64,000 nucleotides of DNA from Bacilli bacterium (lineage in GTDB: Bacteria; Bacillota_I; Bacilli_A; RF39; UBA660). Location of the stretch: positions 92 through 64,091 of the forward strand of contig JAGBES010000018.1 of assembly GCA_017936845.1 (NCBI GenBank), read 5' to 3'. The notes below the pieces were generated by a model. It was not told the DNA's origin, did no database searches, and saw nothing but the letters and a program-made list of their open reading frames with translations. The first letter of the stretch is position 1. Every line of letters starts with the position of its first letter. This document shows, piece after piece, positions 54,099-63,781 of the stretch. Position numbers and translations under genes: made by a program.

Positions 54099-54761
54099 TT
54101 ATTTCTTTTTTAAAAATTTTTTATATTTATTATATCCTGTAATTTCATTTTGTATAATACTATTTTTTATTTCTTTCAATTCTTCAATCGTAATATTTTT
54201 TTTATTATCTAATAATTTTATTTCATCGTCTTTTGGCTTTATATAAAATATAGTCATTTCTAAATTTGTAAATTCGTCTGATAAATCATTCATAAGTATT
54301 TTTTGTTTAATTTTTTTTTGATCTTCAATTTTAATAAAATTAGACTCTATACAATCTTTTAAAATATTTCTTATCTCAATTTTTTCTTCCGTTTTTTCTA
54401 TTTCTTTTCTATACTTATTCATACTAAGTTCAAATTCTTCTTTTTCTTTATTTATATTTTTTCTTTTTTCTATAGCATCTTTATGTATATCTAAACTTAA
54501 AAATATTAATACAACTGTTGTTATTAAAACAGGAGCATTAACTGTTCCCAAAGACATTATTATTAATGATACTGTAAAGGTAATAAATGATATTGACAAA
54601 AGTACATTAGAAATATTTTTTAATAGTCTATTTTTTTTATCTTTTATTGAAATTTTTTTATAAAAATCTAAACTACTTGTTTTTACTTCTTTTAAAATAT
54701 TTTCTATTTTATCTTCTAATATATTAATTCTATTTTGATTATATATTAATTCTTTATCCAT
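54099..54761 (-). CDS. Hypothetical membrane/coiled-coil protein (220 aa)
   Basis: ORF track. Same architecture as 53387..54061. Confidence 0.5.
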   Translation of the reverse strand: MDKELIYNQNRINILEDKIENILKEVKTSSLDFYKKISIKDKKNRLLKNISNVLLSISFITFTVSLIIMSLGTVNAPVLITTVVLIFLSLDIHKDAIEKRKNINKEKEEFELSMNKYRKEIEKTEEKIEIRNILKDCIESNFIKIEDQKKIKQKILMNDLSDEFTNLEMTIFYIKPKDDEIKLLDNKKNITIEELKEIKNSIIQNEITGYNKYKKFLKKK

Positions 54762-54810
54762 ATTTTCCTCCCAAAAGTGTAGATATATTATACTATTTTA
54801 AAATACAATG

Positions 54811-55536
54811 TCAATTATTTATTATGAAAAGAAATCTATCTTTATTACTTAAATCTTTTTCTATCTTAATAATAGCTTTAGGAAAATACTTTCTAGCATA
54901 TTCTTCTAAATAATGACCTTGTTCATAACCTATTTCAAAAGCTAAAATATTTTTTTCTTTTAAATAATTTTTACTGTTTTTAATTATTTCTTTATAAAAA
55001 AACATTCCTTCATCACTAGCAAATAAAGCTAGATGTGGTTCATTATTTTTTACAATATCCATTATTTCTTCATCATATCTAATATATGGCGGATTACTTA
55101 TTATTACATCATACTTTTTTATTAAAGGTTTTAATATATCTCCTTTGATAAAGTTAACTAATACATTATTTTTGATAGCATTTATTTTTGCTACTTCTAA
55201 GGCTTTTTCTGATATATCAACAGCATCCATATTACAATTCAATTCTTTTTTTAAAGTGATTGCTATGCAACCACTTCCTGTACCAATATCTACAATATCT
55301 ATATTATTATTCAAATATTTTTTTATATATTTAATTGTTTTTTCTACTAATTCTTCTGTTTCAAATCTTGGGATTAAAACATTTTTATTTACATTAAAAT
55401 TAAGACCATAAAAATCAACATTGCCAACTATATATTGAACTGGTTCTCCATTTTTAAGTCTTCTTATTCCATCTTCTAGTTTTTCTTTTTCTAAATATTT
55501 ATTTAAATACTCTAGTTCTTTTTTTATGTTATTCAT
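54811..55536 (-). CDS. prmC: Release factor glutamine N5-methyltransferase (PrmC/HemK), short form
   Basis: SAM motif VDIGTGSGCIA, catalytic NPPY, and a position downstream of prfA. Confidence 0.85.
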   Translation of the reverse strand: MNNIKKELEYLNKYLEKEKLEDGIRRLKNGEPVQYIVGNVDFYGLNFNVNKNVLIPRFETEELVEKTIKYIKKYLNNNIDIVDIGTGSGCIAITLKKELNCNMDAVDISEKALEVAKINAIKNNVLVNFIKGDILKPLIKKYDVIISNPPYIRYDEEIMDIVKNNEPHLALFASDEGMFFYKEIIKNSKNYLKEKNILAFEIGYEQGHYLEEYARKYFPKAIIKIEKDLSNKDRFLFIINN

Positions 55537-55540
55537 AAAA

Positions 55541-55819
55541 TCACCTAGTTTTTTCTTTTGTTTCTATCATTATATCTAATATTCTTTGATCCATTTCATT
55601 TAATTTAGGTTGAAATAATAATTTTGATTTTAATAAAGATAAACTTTTACATTTAATATGTGTTGTTTTTTTTAAACAATTTATACATTCTTCTTCATAT
55701 ATTTGATAATCGTCATGCCCAATTAATTTAGAACTCGTAAAACTATTTTTTCCACATTCTAAACAGATTGATTCAAAATTTACTATTTTATTTTTATTAT
55801 CAATTCTTGATTTTCCCAT
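55541..55819 (-). CDS. Small zinc-ribbon-like protein (92 aa)
   Basis: Two CxxC pairs (CLECG and CINCL). Tightly packed between prfA (1-nt gap) and prmC (4-nt gap). Confidence 0.45.
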   Translation of the reverse strand: MGKSRIDNKNKIVNFESICLECGKNSFTSSKLIGHDDYQIYEEECINCLKKTTHIKCKSLSLLKSKLLFQPKLNEMDQRILDIMIETKEKTR

Positions 55820-55820
55820 G

Positions 55821-56876
55821 TTATTCTCCTCTTAGTTTTCTATTTTGATCTTCTGTTATTAATGCATCTATAACTTTATCAATATCTCCTTGCATAATTC
55901 TATCTAATGTATTTAAAGTAAATCCTATTCTATGATCTGTTACTCTATTTTGAGGATAATTATAAGTTCTTATTTTTTCACTTCTATCTCCTGTACCTAT
56001 TTTACTTCTTCTTTCTGCTCCTAATTCTTTTTCTTGTTGTTGTAATTTATAATCATATAATCTTGCTTGAAGTATTTTAATTGCTTTTTCTTTATTTTTA
56101 ATTTGACTTCTTTCTGTTTGTGAATAAACTACTATTCCTGTTGGTATATGTGTAAGTCTAACAGCTGAATCTGTTGTATTAACTCCTTGACCTCCACATC
56201 CTGAAGCTCTTGTTATATCTATTCTTACTTCACTCATATCAAGATCAGCATCTACTTCTTCTACTTCTGGCATTACAAGTACAGTTGCTGTTGAAGTATG
56301 AACTCTTCCTTGTGTTTCTGTAGATGGAACTCTTTGTACTCTATGAGCACCTGATTCATATTTTAATTTTGAATAAACATTTTCACCTTTTACCATAAAA
56401 CTTATTAATGTATAGCCACCAGCTTCCGATTTTTCTTCTTCTACTATTTCTATTTTCCATCCTTCTTTTTCGGCTAATCTTTTGTACATTTCAAACAAAT
56501 CACCAGCAAATATATTTCCTTCATCACCACCTGCTGCTCCTCTTATTTCAACTATAACATCTTTCCCATCATTAGGATCTTTAGGTAATAATAGTATTTC
56601 TATTTTTTTAGTTAATTCTTCTAAATTTTTAGTATTTTCTTCTAATTCTTCATGAGCCATTTCACCTAGTTCTGGATCTTTTAACATTTCTTTTGCATCT
56701 ACTATATTATTCTCTATTTTTTTATATTCTTGATATGCTTCATATGCATCTTTTATTGATGCTTGTTCACGAGTTAATTTTAATGCTTCTTTTACATTTG
56801 AAATTACTTCTGGCTTCATCATTTCTTCTGTTAATTCATTATATCTTTTCTCTATAGTTTGTAATCTTTCTATCAT
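55821..56876 (-). CDS. prfA: Peptide chain release factor 1
   Basis: PST tripeptide anticodon (RVPSTETQGR) and the GGQ motif (SGCGGQGVNTTDSAVRLTH). The likely start is MIERLQ at 56876. The ORF track extends to 56933. Confidence 0.96.
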   Translation of the reverse strand: MIERLQTIEKRYNELTEEMMKPEVISNVKEALKLTREQASIKDAYEAYQEYKKIENNIVDAKEMLKDPELGEMAHEELEENTKNLEELTKKIEILLLPKDPNDGKDVIVEIRGAAGGDEGNIFAGDLFEMYKRLAEKEGWKIEIVEEEKSEAGGYTLISFMVKGENVYSKLKYESGAHRVQRVPSTETQGRVHTSTATVLVMPEVEEVDADLDMSEVRIDITRASGCGGQGVNTTDSAVRLTHIPTGIVVYSQTERSQIKNKEKAIKILQARLYDYKLQQQEKELGAERRSKIGTGDRSEKIRTYNYPQNRVTDHRIGFTLNTLDRIMQGDIDKVIDALITEDQNRKLRGE

Positions 56877-56947
56877 AAGAACACCCTTTCTTAAAACTTT
56901 ATTAATTATACTATAATATGAAAAAATAAGCAATATTTTGCCTATTT

Positions 56948-57868
56948 CTATATTTTTAAATATTTTCGAACAGCTCTTAAACTTCCAAACATTCCTACTA
57001 CCATACCTATTATTAATAATATTAATGATACATAGAATACAAATGGAGTTGGTTGTATTAACTCTATAAAATTTGTAAATAGTCTTCCACCAAATTTATC
57101 ATAAAGTGCTGTATAACCATATATTGTTAAAATTATTGGTATAATTGAACCTAATATACCTAATATTAAACCTTCTATTACAAATGGTATTTTTATATTT
57201 ATATTAGAAGCTCCAACTAATCGCATTATTTCTATTTCTCTTCTTCTTGAAAATATTGTTATTTTAATTGTATTAATTATTAAGAAAGCTGTTACTATTA
57301 TTAATGCTACTACAGCAAGTAAAGATACTTTTCTTATAATATCAAAAACAGAAACTAATTGTTCAACCATTCCTTCTCCATATTTTACAATATCAACATG
57401 TTCTATTTTACCTATTTTTTTAGCTGTTGAACCTATTTTATTTATATCTTTTACCTTTATTTGATAAGTATCTTGAATTGGACTTTCTCCTTCTGACCAA
57501 TTTGACATAATATTTTTAAATTTTTCACTAGATGCCATCATATCTTCAGCTATTTTAGTTTTTGATTCAAATTCTATTTTTTCTATATTATCTAATTTAT
57601 TTAATTCTTCTAATATTAATTGTCTATCTTCATCTGTTACTTTTAAATCTAAAAAAGCAATTATTGTTACATCTTTTTCTACTAATTCTGTAAATCTATT
57701 AACATTAAGTGTTAATATAATTGAAATAGCAACTACTATTAATGTTATTGTTATACAAGAAATACTAGCAAGTGATAGTGAAAAGTTTCTAAATACACTT
57801 TTAAATGAATCTCTTATATTTCTACTTAGTATTCTTAATGCTTTCATTACTATATGTTCCTTTCTCAT
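56948..57868 (-). CDS. ftsX: Cell division ABC permease-like protein FtsX
   Basis: Four TM segments with a large first extracytoplasmic loop. Follows ftsE. The start may be at 57847. Confidence 0.88.
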   Translation of the reverse strand: MRKEHIVMKALRILSRNIRDSFKSVFRNFSLSLASISCITITLIVVAISIILTLNVNRFTELVEKDVTIIAFLDLKVTDEDRQLILEELNKLDNIEKIEFESKTKIAEDMMASSEKFKNIMSNWSEGESPIQDTYQIKVKDINKIGSTAKKIGKIEHVDIVKYGEGMVEQLVSVFDIIRKVSLLAVVALIIVTAFLIINTIKITIFSRRREIEIMRLVGASNINIKIPFVIEGLILGILGSIIPIILTIYGYTALYDKFGGRLFTNFIELIQPTPFVFYVSLILLIIGMVVGMFGSLRAVRKYLKI

Positions 57869-58529
57869 AATCTTTTAAAATTCTTCCACTATCTAAAAGA
57901 ATTGTTCTTTTCTTTAATGTATCAACAATAAATGTATCATGAGTAACCATTATAATTGTTGTTCCTAATTTATTAATTGCTTCAAGCACATCCATTATTT
58001 CCATACTTGTATTTTCATCCAAATTTCCTGTTGGTTCATCACAAATAAGTAATTTTGGTCCATTTACAATGGCACGAGCAATTGCTACTCTTTGCTGTTC
58101 TCCACCGGATAATTGATTAGGATAATTTTTTGCTTTATGCTTAAGACCAACCAAATCTAAGGCTTTTATTACCTTATCATGTATTTCATCTTTAGGTAAT
58201 CCAAGTACTTCTAAAGCAAAAGCAACATTTTCATAAACTGTTGATTTATTTAATAATTTAAAATCTTGAAATACAACGCCTATCTTTCTTCTAAGTTTAT
58301 AAACTTTACTATTTCTTAATTTAGCAACATCTAATCCACCAACAATAATTTTACCTTTTGTTGGTTTTTCTTCACGATATAACATTTTTATTAAAGTTGA
58401 TTTTCCACATCCAGTTGATCCTATTACAAAAACAAAATCACCTTTTTTTATATTTAAACTCAAGTCATGAATAGCAACCACACCAGTTTTATATTGTTTT
58501 TTAACATTTTTTAAAACAATTAAATCCAT
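57822..58529 (-). CDS. ftsE: Cell division ATP-binding protein FtsE
   Basis: Walker A GSTGCGKST, LSGGEQQR, LICDEPTGNLD, and pairing with ftsX. Confidence 0.93.
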   Translation of the reverse strand: MDLIVLKNVKKQYKTGVVAIHDLSLNIKKGDFVFVIGSTGCGKSTLIKMLYREEKPTKGKIIVGGLDVAKLRNSKVYKLRRKIGVVFQDFKLLNKSTVYENVAFALEVLGLPKDEIHDKVIKALDLVGLKHKAKNYPNQLSGGEQQRVAIARAIVNGPKLLICDEPTGNLDENTSMEIMDVLEAINKLGTTIIMVTHDTFIVDTLKKRTILLDSGRILKDYEKGTYSNESIKNTK

Positions 58530-58541
58530 ACTATCACCTTC

Positions 58542-59417
58542 CTATTTATTCCCGTAAACTTCATATGCATCTGCCACTACAAAGAATGCATTTGGATCTA
58601 TTTCATGTATACCTTCTTTAGCAATAAAGTATTCTCTAGTTGGTATTACACACATCAATACTTTTTGACGATTTCCAGTAAAAGCACCATTACCTTCTAA
58701 TAATGTAACACCATGTCCAAGCTCTCTCATTATAAATTTTTTTATTTCTGACTCATGTGATGTAATTATAAAGAATGATTTTGTACTTGAAATACCAATC
58801 ATTACTTTATCTGTCATCATACTAACAATATAAAGATTTATTATTGAATACATTATTTTGGAAACACCAAATGTAAATACACCACATAATATAATCAATC
58901 CATCTGTAAATAACATAGCATTTCCAAGTGTCATTTTTCCATATTTAGAAACTATTTGATTTAATATATCAGTACCACCTGTTGTATATCCTGATTTAAA
59001 TATAAGACCAAATCCAAATCCTGATATAACAGCTCCAAATAAAGCTAATAATATTGGTTCTACATCACCTACATTAATATATTTTGTTAAATATGTTGTA
59101 AGTTCTACAAAAATAGGATATAAAATTGATCCTATTATAGAATTTTTTGTCTTATTTACTCCTAATACTATAAAGCTTAAAAGTAACAAAGATATTTCTC
59201 CTACTAAAATAGTAACTGAAGGATTTATTCCATATTTGTTTAAAATAACACCTATACCACTTACTCCATAAACTATATTACTCGGTAATATAAATAAATT
59301 AAAAGAAAATGCGACTACAAATACACCAAATATAAATTGGGCATATCTTGTTAATTTATCTTTTTCATATATACTTTTTACTATATCTTTTACTTCTTCT
59401 TTTTTCTTAAAAAACAT
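58542..59417 (-). CDS. YitT family membrane protein (with a DUF2179-type C-terminal domain)
   Basis: Polytopic N-terminus with TTGGTDIL. Soluble C-terminal domain VTLLEGNGAFTG...VVADAYEVYG. Confidence 0.8.
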   Translation of the reverse strand: MFFKKKEEVKDIVKSIYEKDKLTRYAQFIFGVFVVAFSFNLFILPSNIVYGVSGIGVILNKYGINPSVTILVGEISLLLLSFIVLGVNKTKNSIIGSILYPIFVELTTYLTKYINVGDVEPILLALFGAVISGFGFGLIFKSGYTTGGTDILNQIVSKYGKMTLGNAMLFTDGLIILCGVFTFGVSKIMYSIINLYIVSMMTDKVMIGISSTKSFFIITSHESEIKKFIMRELGHGVTLLEGNGAFTGNRQKVLMCVIPTREYFIAKEGIHEIDPNAFFVVADAYEVYGNK

Positions 59418-59419
59418 AC

Positions 59420-60518
59420 TTACCTCCTACTTAAATTATCATTAATAAATATATCTATATCTCCATCTAAAACACTTTTTACATCTGTTACTTCTGTATT
59501 TGTTCTATTATCTTTTACTAAAGAATATGGATGCATTACATAACTTCTTATTTGTGATCCAAAATCTATTTTAGATAATTCTCCTTTTATATCTTTTAAT
59601 TGTTTTTCTTTTTTTTCTAATTCTAAATTATATAATTTATTCTTTAATACATTTAAAGCTATTTCTTTATTTTTAATTTGACTTCTTTCATTTTGACAAG
59701 TAACAACTATTTTTGTTGGTATATGTGTTATTCTAACAGCACTATCTGTTGTATTAACTCCTTGTCCACCTTTTCCACTACTTCTATAGACATCTATTTT
59801 TAAATCAGATTCATTAATATCTATATTTATATCGTTGTCTACAAATAGTGGTGAAACATCTACTGATGCGAATGAAGTATGTCTCCTTTTGTTAGAATCA
59901 AATGGTGATATTCTAACTAATCTATGTACACCTTTTTCACATTTTAAGTAACCATAAACATTTATTCCATGAATTAAAATTGTAACATTTTTAATACCAG
60001 CTTCTTCTCCATTTTGATATTCTATTACTTCATATTTATAATTCTTTTTTTCAAAATACCTTGTATACATTCTATAAAGCATTAAAGCCCAATCTTGCGA
60101 TTCTGTTCCTCCTGCTCCAGGATGTATTTCCATAATTGCCCCTAATTTATCATAAGGTCCATCTAATAAAAGTAATATTTCTAATTCTTTTAATTTAATG
60201 TTTATTTCATCTATTTCTTGTTCTACTAGTTCTTTTATTTCAACATCATTTTCTTCTTTTAATGATTTTATAATATCAATGTTATCTTTAATTTTTGTTC
60301 TTAAGTTTTTTACATTATTTAAATTATTTTTTATAGTATTTAATTCATCAATAATTTTTTCACTATTTTTTTTATCATTCCAAAAATTTGGTTCATTTAC
60401 TTTTTTTTCTAATTCTTCTAATCTTTTTTCTTTACTTTCAGAGTCAAAGAGACCTCCATAAATCTTCTATTTTTTTATTTAAGTCATTATATATATTTAA
60501 CAATTCATATATTTCCAT
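59420..60518 (-). CDS. prfB: Peptide chain release factor 2, requiring a programmed +1 ribosomal frameshift
   Basis: Frame 0 is ATG (60518) ...MEIYELLNIYNDLNKKIEDLWRSL, then TGA (60446..60444) in the context GGAGGTCTCTTTGAC. The +1 frame continues DSESKEKRLEELEKK... to 59420. It contains SPF and GGQ (SGKGGQGVNTTDSAVRITH). Confidence 0.93.
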
Positions 60519-60615
60519 TGTATCCTCCTACTTTTTTATTATAACATGTATTAATATATTTTTCCATTATTTTTTTATAAGTTTACATAATAAAAACAAT
60601 AGATAATATCTATTG

Positions 60616-61269
60616 TTAAAGTATTAATTTTTCTTTTATTTTTCTTTTTATTTTTTGCTCCTCTCTAGAGACTTTTACTTGAGATAATCCCATTATACTT
60701 GCTACTTCACTTTGACTTAAATCATCCATATATCTTTTATTTATTAATTCTCTTTCAAAAGGTGTTAGTTTATTTAGTTCTTCCTTAAAAGCTATTAGTG
60801 TATTTAAATCTATACTATTATCACTAATTTTATCATGTAAAGTCATTTCTTTTCCATCACAATTTATTGGTTCATCTATACTTTGAACAATATTTACTGT
60901 TTTAAGTGAATCTACTATATCTTCTTCTTCTACTTCTAAAAATTGTGATAAATCTTTAATACTAGGTTCTCTACATAATTTTTGACTTAAAATACTTTTT
61001 GCTTTTTCTATTTTATAATTTAATTTTGTAATATCACGACTTATTTTTATACCTTTATCTTCTCTTATTAATTTTTTCATTTCTCCTAATATATATGAAT
61101 AAGCATATGTAGAAAATTTTACACCAATATTAGGATCAAATTTTTTATATGCGTTTATAAGTCCAATAATTCCTACTTGATATAAGTCTTCTTTATTCTT
61201 ATAACCTTCAAAATAATGTGTTATTGAATAAATTAAATTATTGTATTTTTGTATTTCTTCTATTGGCAT
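60616..61269 (-). CDS. Group 3 sigma-70 family factor of the SigF/SigG/SigB type
   Basis: Region 2 is DLYQVGIIGLINAYKKFDPNIGVKFSTYAYSYILGEMKKLIRED. Region 4 is LSQSEVASIMGLSQVKVSREEQKI. Confidence 0.85.
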   Translation of the reverse strand: MPIEEIQKYNNLIYSITHYFEGYKNKEDLYQVGIIGLINAYKKFDPNIGVKFSTYAYSYILGEMKKLIREDKGIKISRDITKLNYKIEKAKSILSQKLCREPSIKDLSQFLEVEEEDIVDSLKTVNIVQSIDEPINCDGKEMTLHDKISDNSIDLNTLIAFKEELNKLTPFERELINKRYMDDLSQSEVASIMGLSQVKVSREEQKIKRKIKEKLIL

Positions 61270-61277
61270 TTATCCTC

Positions 61278-61619
61278 CTATACTATTACTTTAAAAGATT
61301 CTATTTCATGATCAATTGTATCTACATATTTAAATAAATGACTTTTATTTAGTTTTTTATGAATTAATTCATTTATATCTGAAAGAATTAAACGACCTTT
61401 ATTATCCCTAACTAACTCATAAGTATAAAAAAGTAAATTTATTCCTTTTAAATCTATTTTTGAAATATTTCTAAGATTTAAAACAACATTCTTTATACCA
61501 TTTTCTTTAATCATAAATAAAACCTCTTCTTTATATTTTAAATATGTTTTTTTATCAAGTACTCCATTCATTCTGACAAAAAGTATTCCCCTTCTAAATT
61601 CAAATATAATGTTTAACAT
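61278..61619 (-). CDS. STAS-domain protein (SpoIIAA/RsbV-like anti-sigma-factor antagonist fold)
   Basis: Length and pattern match: VVLNLRNISKIDLKGINLL aligns by eye with SpoIIAA IVLNLEDLSFMDSSGLGVIL. It lies 8 nt upstream of the sigma gene. Confidence 0.65.
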   Translation of the reverse strand: MLNIIFEFRRGILFVRMNGVLDKKTYLKYKEEVLFMIKENGIKNVVLNLRNISKIDLKGINLLFYTYELVRDNKGRLILSDINELIHKKLNKSHLFKYVDTIDHEIESFKVIV

Positions 61620-61709
61620 ATCTCACCTCGTATTTAATTTAACACTTCTTATTTAGAAATTATATAAATACGACAAAACTAGAACTTATTTTCAATCGAC
61701 TTATTTTTT

Positions 61710-61738
61710 AAAAAAAATAGATATACTTAAATATCTAT
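61710..61738 (-). terminator. Intrinsic terminator after the sigK-like gene
   Basis: Minus strand reads ATAGATAT-ttaagt-ATATCTAT followed by T8. Confidence 0.55.
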
Positions 61739-61745
61739 AAAATTA

Positions 61746-62444
61746 TTATGAATCATTTTTATTTTTTATAAATTCTCTAAGCATTTTAGTTAAAGCTCTT
61801 TTTTCTATTCTTGATACATAACTTCGTGATATACCAAGTTCTTTTGCTATTTCTTTTTGTGTTAATTCATCTGTATCATTTAGACCATATCTTTTAATTA
61901 TTATTTCTTTTTCTCTTTCATTTAAAACATTAAAATATTTTTTTATTAATTCCATATTATTTTTATTATGGATATCTAATGCATAATCTGGTTTTGGTGT
62001 TTTTAAAATATCCATAAATGTTATTTCATTTCCATCTTTATCAAAACCAACTTGTTCATTTAAACTTATATTTTTATTATTTTTTTTATCTCCCCTAAAA
62101 TACATTAATATTTCATTTTCAATACATCTTGCACAATAAGTAGTTATTCTAGTTCCATGTTTATTTGAAAAACTATCTACACCTTTTATTAAACCGATTG
62201 TTCCTATACTTATTAAATCATCTACCTCTTCTTTTTTATGATCATATTTTTTTACAATATGTGCGACCAATCTTAAATTATGTTCAATAAGTTTATTTCT
62301 TGCATCCTTATTGCCTAGATTTGCTAATTTGACACATTCTTCTTCTTCCTCTTTTGTTAAAGGATCAGGAAATATATTATTTGAATAAGCTGCTGTAAAA
62401 ATATAAAAATCTTTAAATAAATAATCAATTATTTTTTTAAACAT
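61746..62444 (-). CDS. sigK: Sporulation pro-sigma factor of the SigK/SigE type (closest to SigK by motif)
   Basis: Pro-sequence junction NNIFPDPLTKEEE. LIEHNLRLVAHIVKKY, DLISIGTIGLIKGVDSF, CIENEILMYFR and ELGISRSYVSRIEKRAL all closely resemble B. subtilis SigK. Confidence 0.7.
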   Translation of the reverse strand: MFKKIIDYLFKDFYIFTAAYSNNIFPDPLTKEEEEECVKLANLGNKDARNKLIEHNLRLVAHIVKKYDHKKEEVDDLISIGTIGLIKGVDSFSNKHGTRITTYCARCIENEILMYFRGDKKNNKNISLNEQVGFDKDGNEITFMDILKTPKPDYALDIHNKNNMELIKKYFNVLNEREKEIIIKRYGLNDTDELTQKEIAKELGISRSYVSRIEKRALTKMLREFIKNKNDS

Positions 62445-62517
62445 ACTACCACCAATTAATTATATGTTTTTTATACTAATATTTATTTTGTCCAAAAAAA
62501 AAGAAGAAAAATTCTTC

Positions 62518-62763
62518 CTAAATTGAATTAAAATTAACCTTAATTGTCTTATGGTTTTCTTGTGTACAAGCTGAAGCTATTACAAGAGTTCTAATTGCTT
62601 TGGCTATTACACCTTGTTTACCTATTAAAGATGGCATATCATCTTTAGATGCTAATACCTCTATTGTTATTAATTCATCTTCTTCGTATTGTTTTACAGA
62701 AACCATGTCTTTTTCTTTAACAACACTCTTAACTAAAAATTCAGTAATTAAATCTAAATTCAT
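62518..62763 (-). CDS. KH-domain RNA-binding protein (YlqC family)
   Basis: GKQG-type KH motif (LIGKQGVIAKAIRTLV). Conserved position just after rpsP. Confidence 0.8.
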   Translation of the reverse strand: MNLDLITEFLVKSVVKEKDMVSVKQYEEDELITIEVLASKDDMPSLIGKQGVIAKAIRTLVIASACTQENHKTIKVNFNSI

Positions 62764-62765
62764 AA

Positions 62766-63050
62766 TTATTTACCTTCTTTTGATACCATTTTTTGTTCAT
62801 GATATTTTTTCATAATACCTTGTTTACTAAGTAAATTTCTTACAGTATCTGTTGGTTGTGCTCCATTTTTTAACCATTTAATTGCTAATTCTTCATTAAC
62901 TTTAATTTCTGCTGGTTCACTTATTGGATTATATGTTCCAACAACTTCTATAAAACTTCCATCTCTTGGGCTTCTTGAATCAGCTGCTACTATACGATAA
63001 AATGGTCTTTTTTTAGCACCCATTCTTTTAAGTCTTAATTTAACTGCCAT
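62766..63050 (-). CDS. rpsP: 30S ribosomal protein S16
   Basis: [31 protein letters not shown] is the canonical S16 N-terminus. Confidence 0.96.
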   Translation of the reverse strand: MAVKLRLKRMGAKKRPFYRIVAADSRSPRDGSFIEVVGTYNPISEPAEIKVNEELAIKWLKNGAQPTDTVRNLLSKQGIMKKYHEQKMVSKEGK

Positions 63051-63184
63051 ATTATCCCTCCATTCACTTAATAAATAATATCATAAATATAACCAGGTGT
63101 CAACCTTTTTATATTAACACTTAATTATATTTTAAATTTTTTTATTTAGTACAATTATCTTTAATAAATGATAACAAAAAAAGA

Positions 63185-63727
63185 CTATTTGTCTTCTTTT
63201 ATATAATCTTCATTTACCTTCTCATCGATTTCATTTAAAACTAAATCATCTACGTCATCTTCTATTAAATCCCATGGTTCTTCATCTTCTTCAACAGCTA
63301 TTTTCATTTTCTTTTCACCTACTATTTCAACACCCATTTCTTTTTCTATATCAAAATTAATATTATTATTATCATCTATATTTACTTTAACACAATTTGG
63401 TTGACTAAGTGTTCTAACTATAATTTCTGTATCATCAGATAAATCAGCACTTTCTTTTACTTTTAAATTAAATAAATCATTGTATTCTATTTTTTTATTA
63501 ACAACTGTTGTTTTACTATCACCTTCATATGAATACCATATATTTACATCATATGAACCATCTACACCTATTTTATCTCCCGATTTATAACCTTTAAATT
63601 TATGGTTTATAACCCAACATCCAAGTACAGTTGTAGGTGTTGTTTCTGTTGTTATAGTATAATTATTTTTAAAATATTTTTTACCTTTACCAATAACAGC
63701 TTTAGTAACTATTTCCTTATATGCCAT
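63185..63727 (-). CDS. cotE: Outer spore coat morphogenetic protein CotE
   Basis: MAYKEIVTKAVIGKGKK...LGCWVINHKF...YDVNIWYSY...QPNCVKV, plus an acidic C-terminal tail. It parallels B. subtilis CotE throughout. The ATG at 63727 follows GAGGGGTGA. Confidence 0.88.
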   Translation of the reverse strand: MAYKEIVTKAVIGKGKKYFKNNYTITTETTPTTVLGCWVINHKFKGYKSGDKIGVDGSYDVNIWYSYEGDSKTTVVNKKIEYNDLFNLKVKESADLSDDTEIIVRTLSQPNCVKVNIDDNNNINFDIEKEMGVEIVGEKKMKIAVEEDEEPWDLIEDDVDDLVLNEIDEKVNEDYIKEDK

Positions 63728-63781
63728 ATCATTCACCCCTCACTTTAAGATATGCGAATATAACATAAAAGTTCACATATT

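Noticed and set aside
57822-57868. The 47-nt overlap between ftsE and ftsX, considered as a possible frameshift or fusion.
   Set aside because: An internal ATG at 57847 (MKALRIL) gives a conventional ftsX N-terminus. The long overlap is most likely an artefact of taking the longest ORF.
60444-60446. Possibility of a Mollicutes-type genetic code (TGA = Trp), given the extreme AT content.
   Set aside because: The ORFs are long and complete under the standard code. An RF2 gene with the TGA-dependent autoregulatory frameshift is present, and several genes end in TGA (for example the radical SAM gene at 37457).
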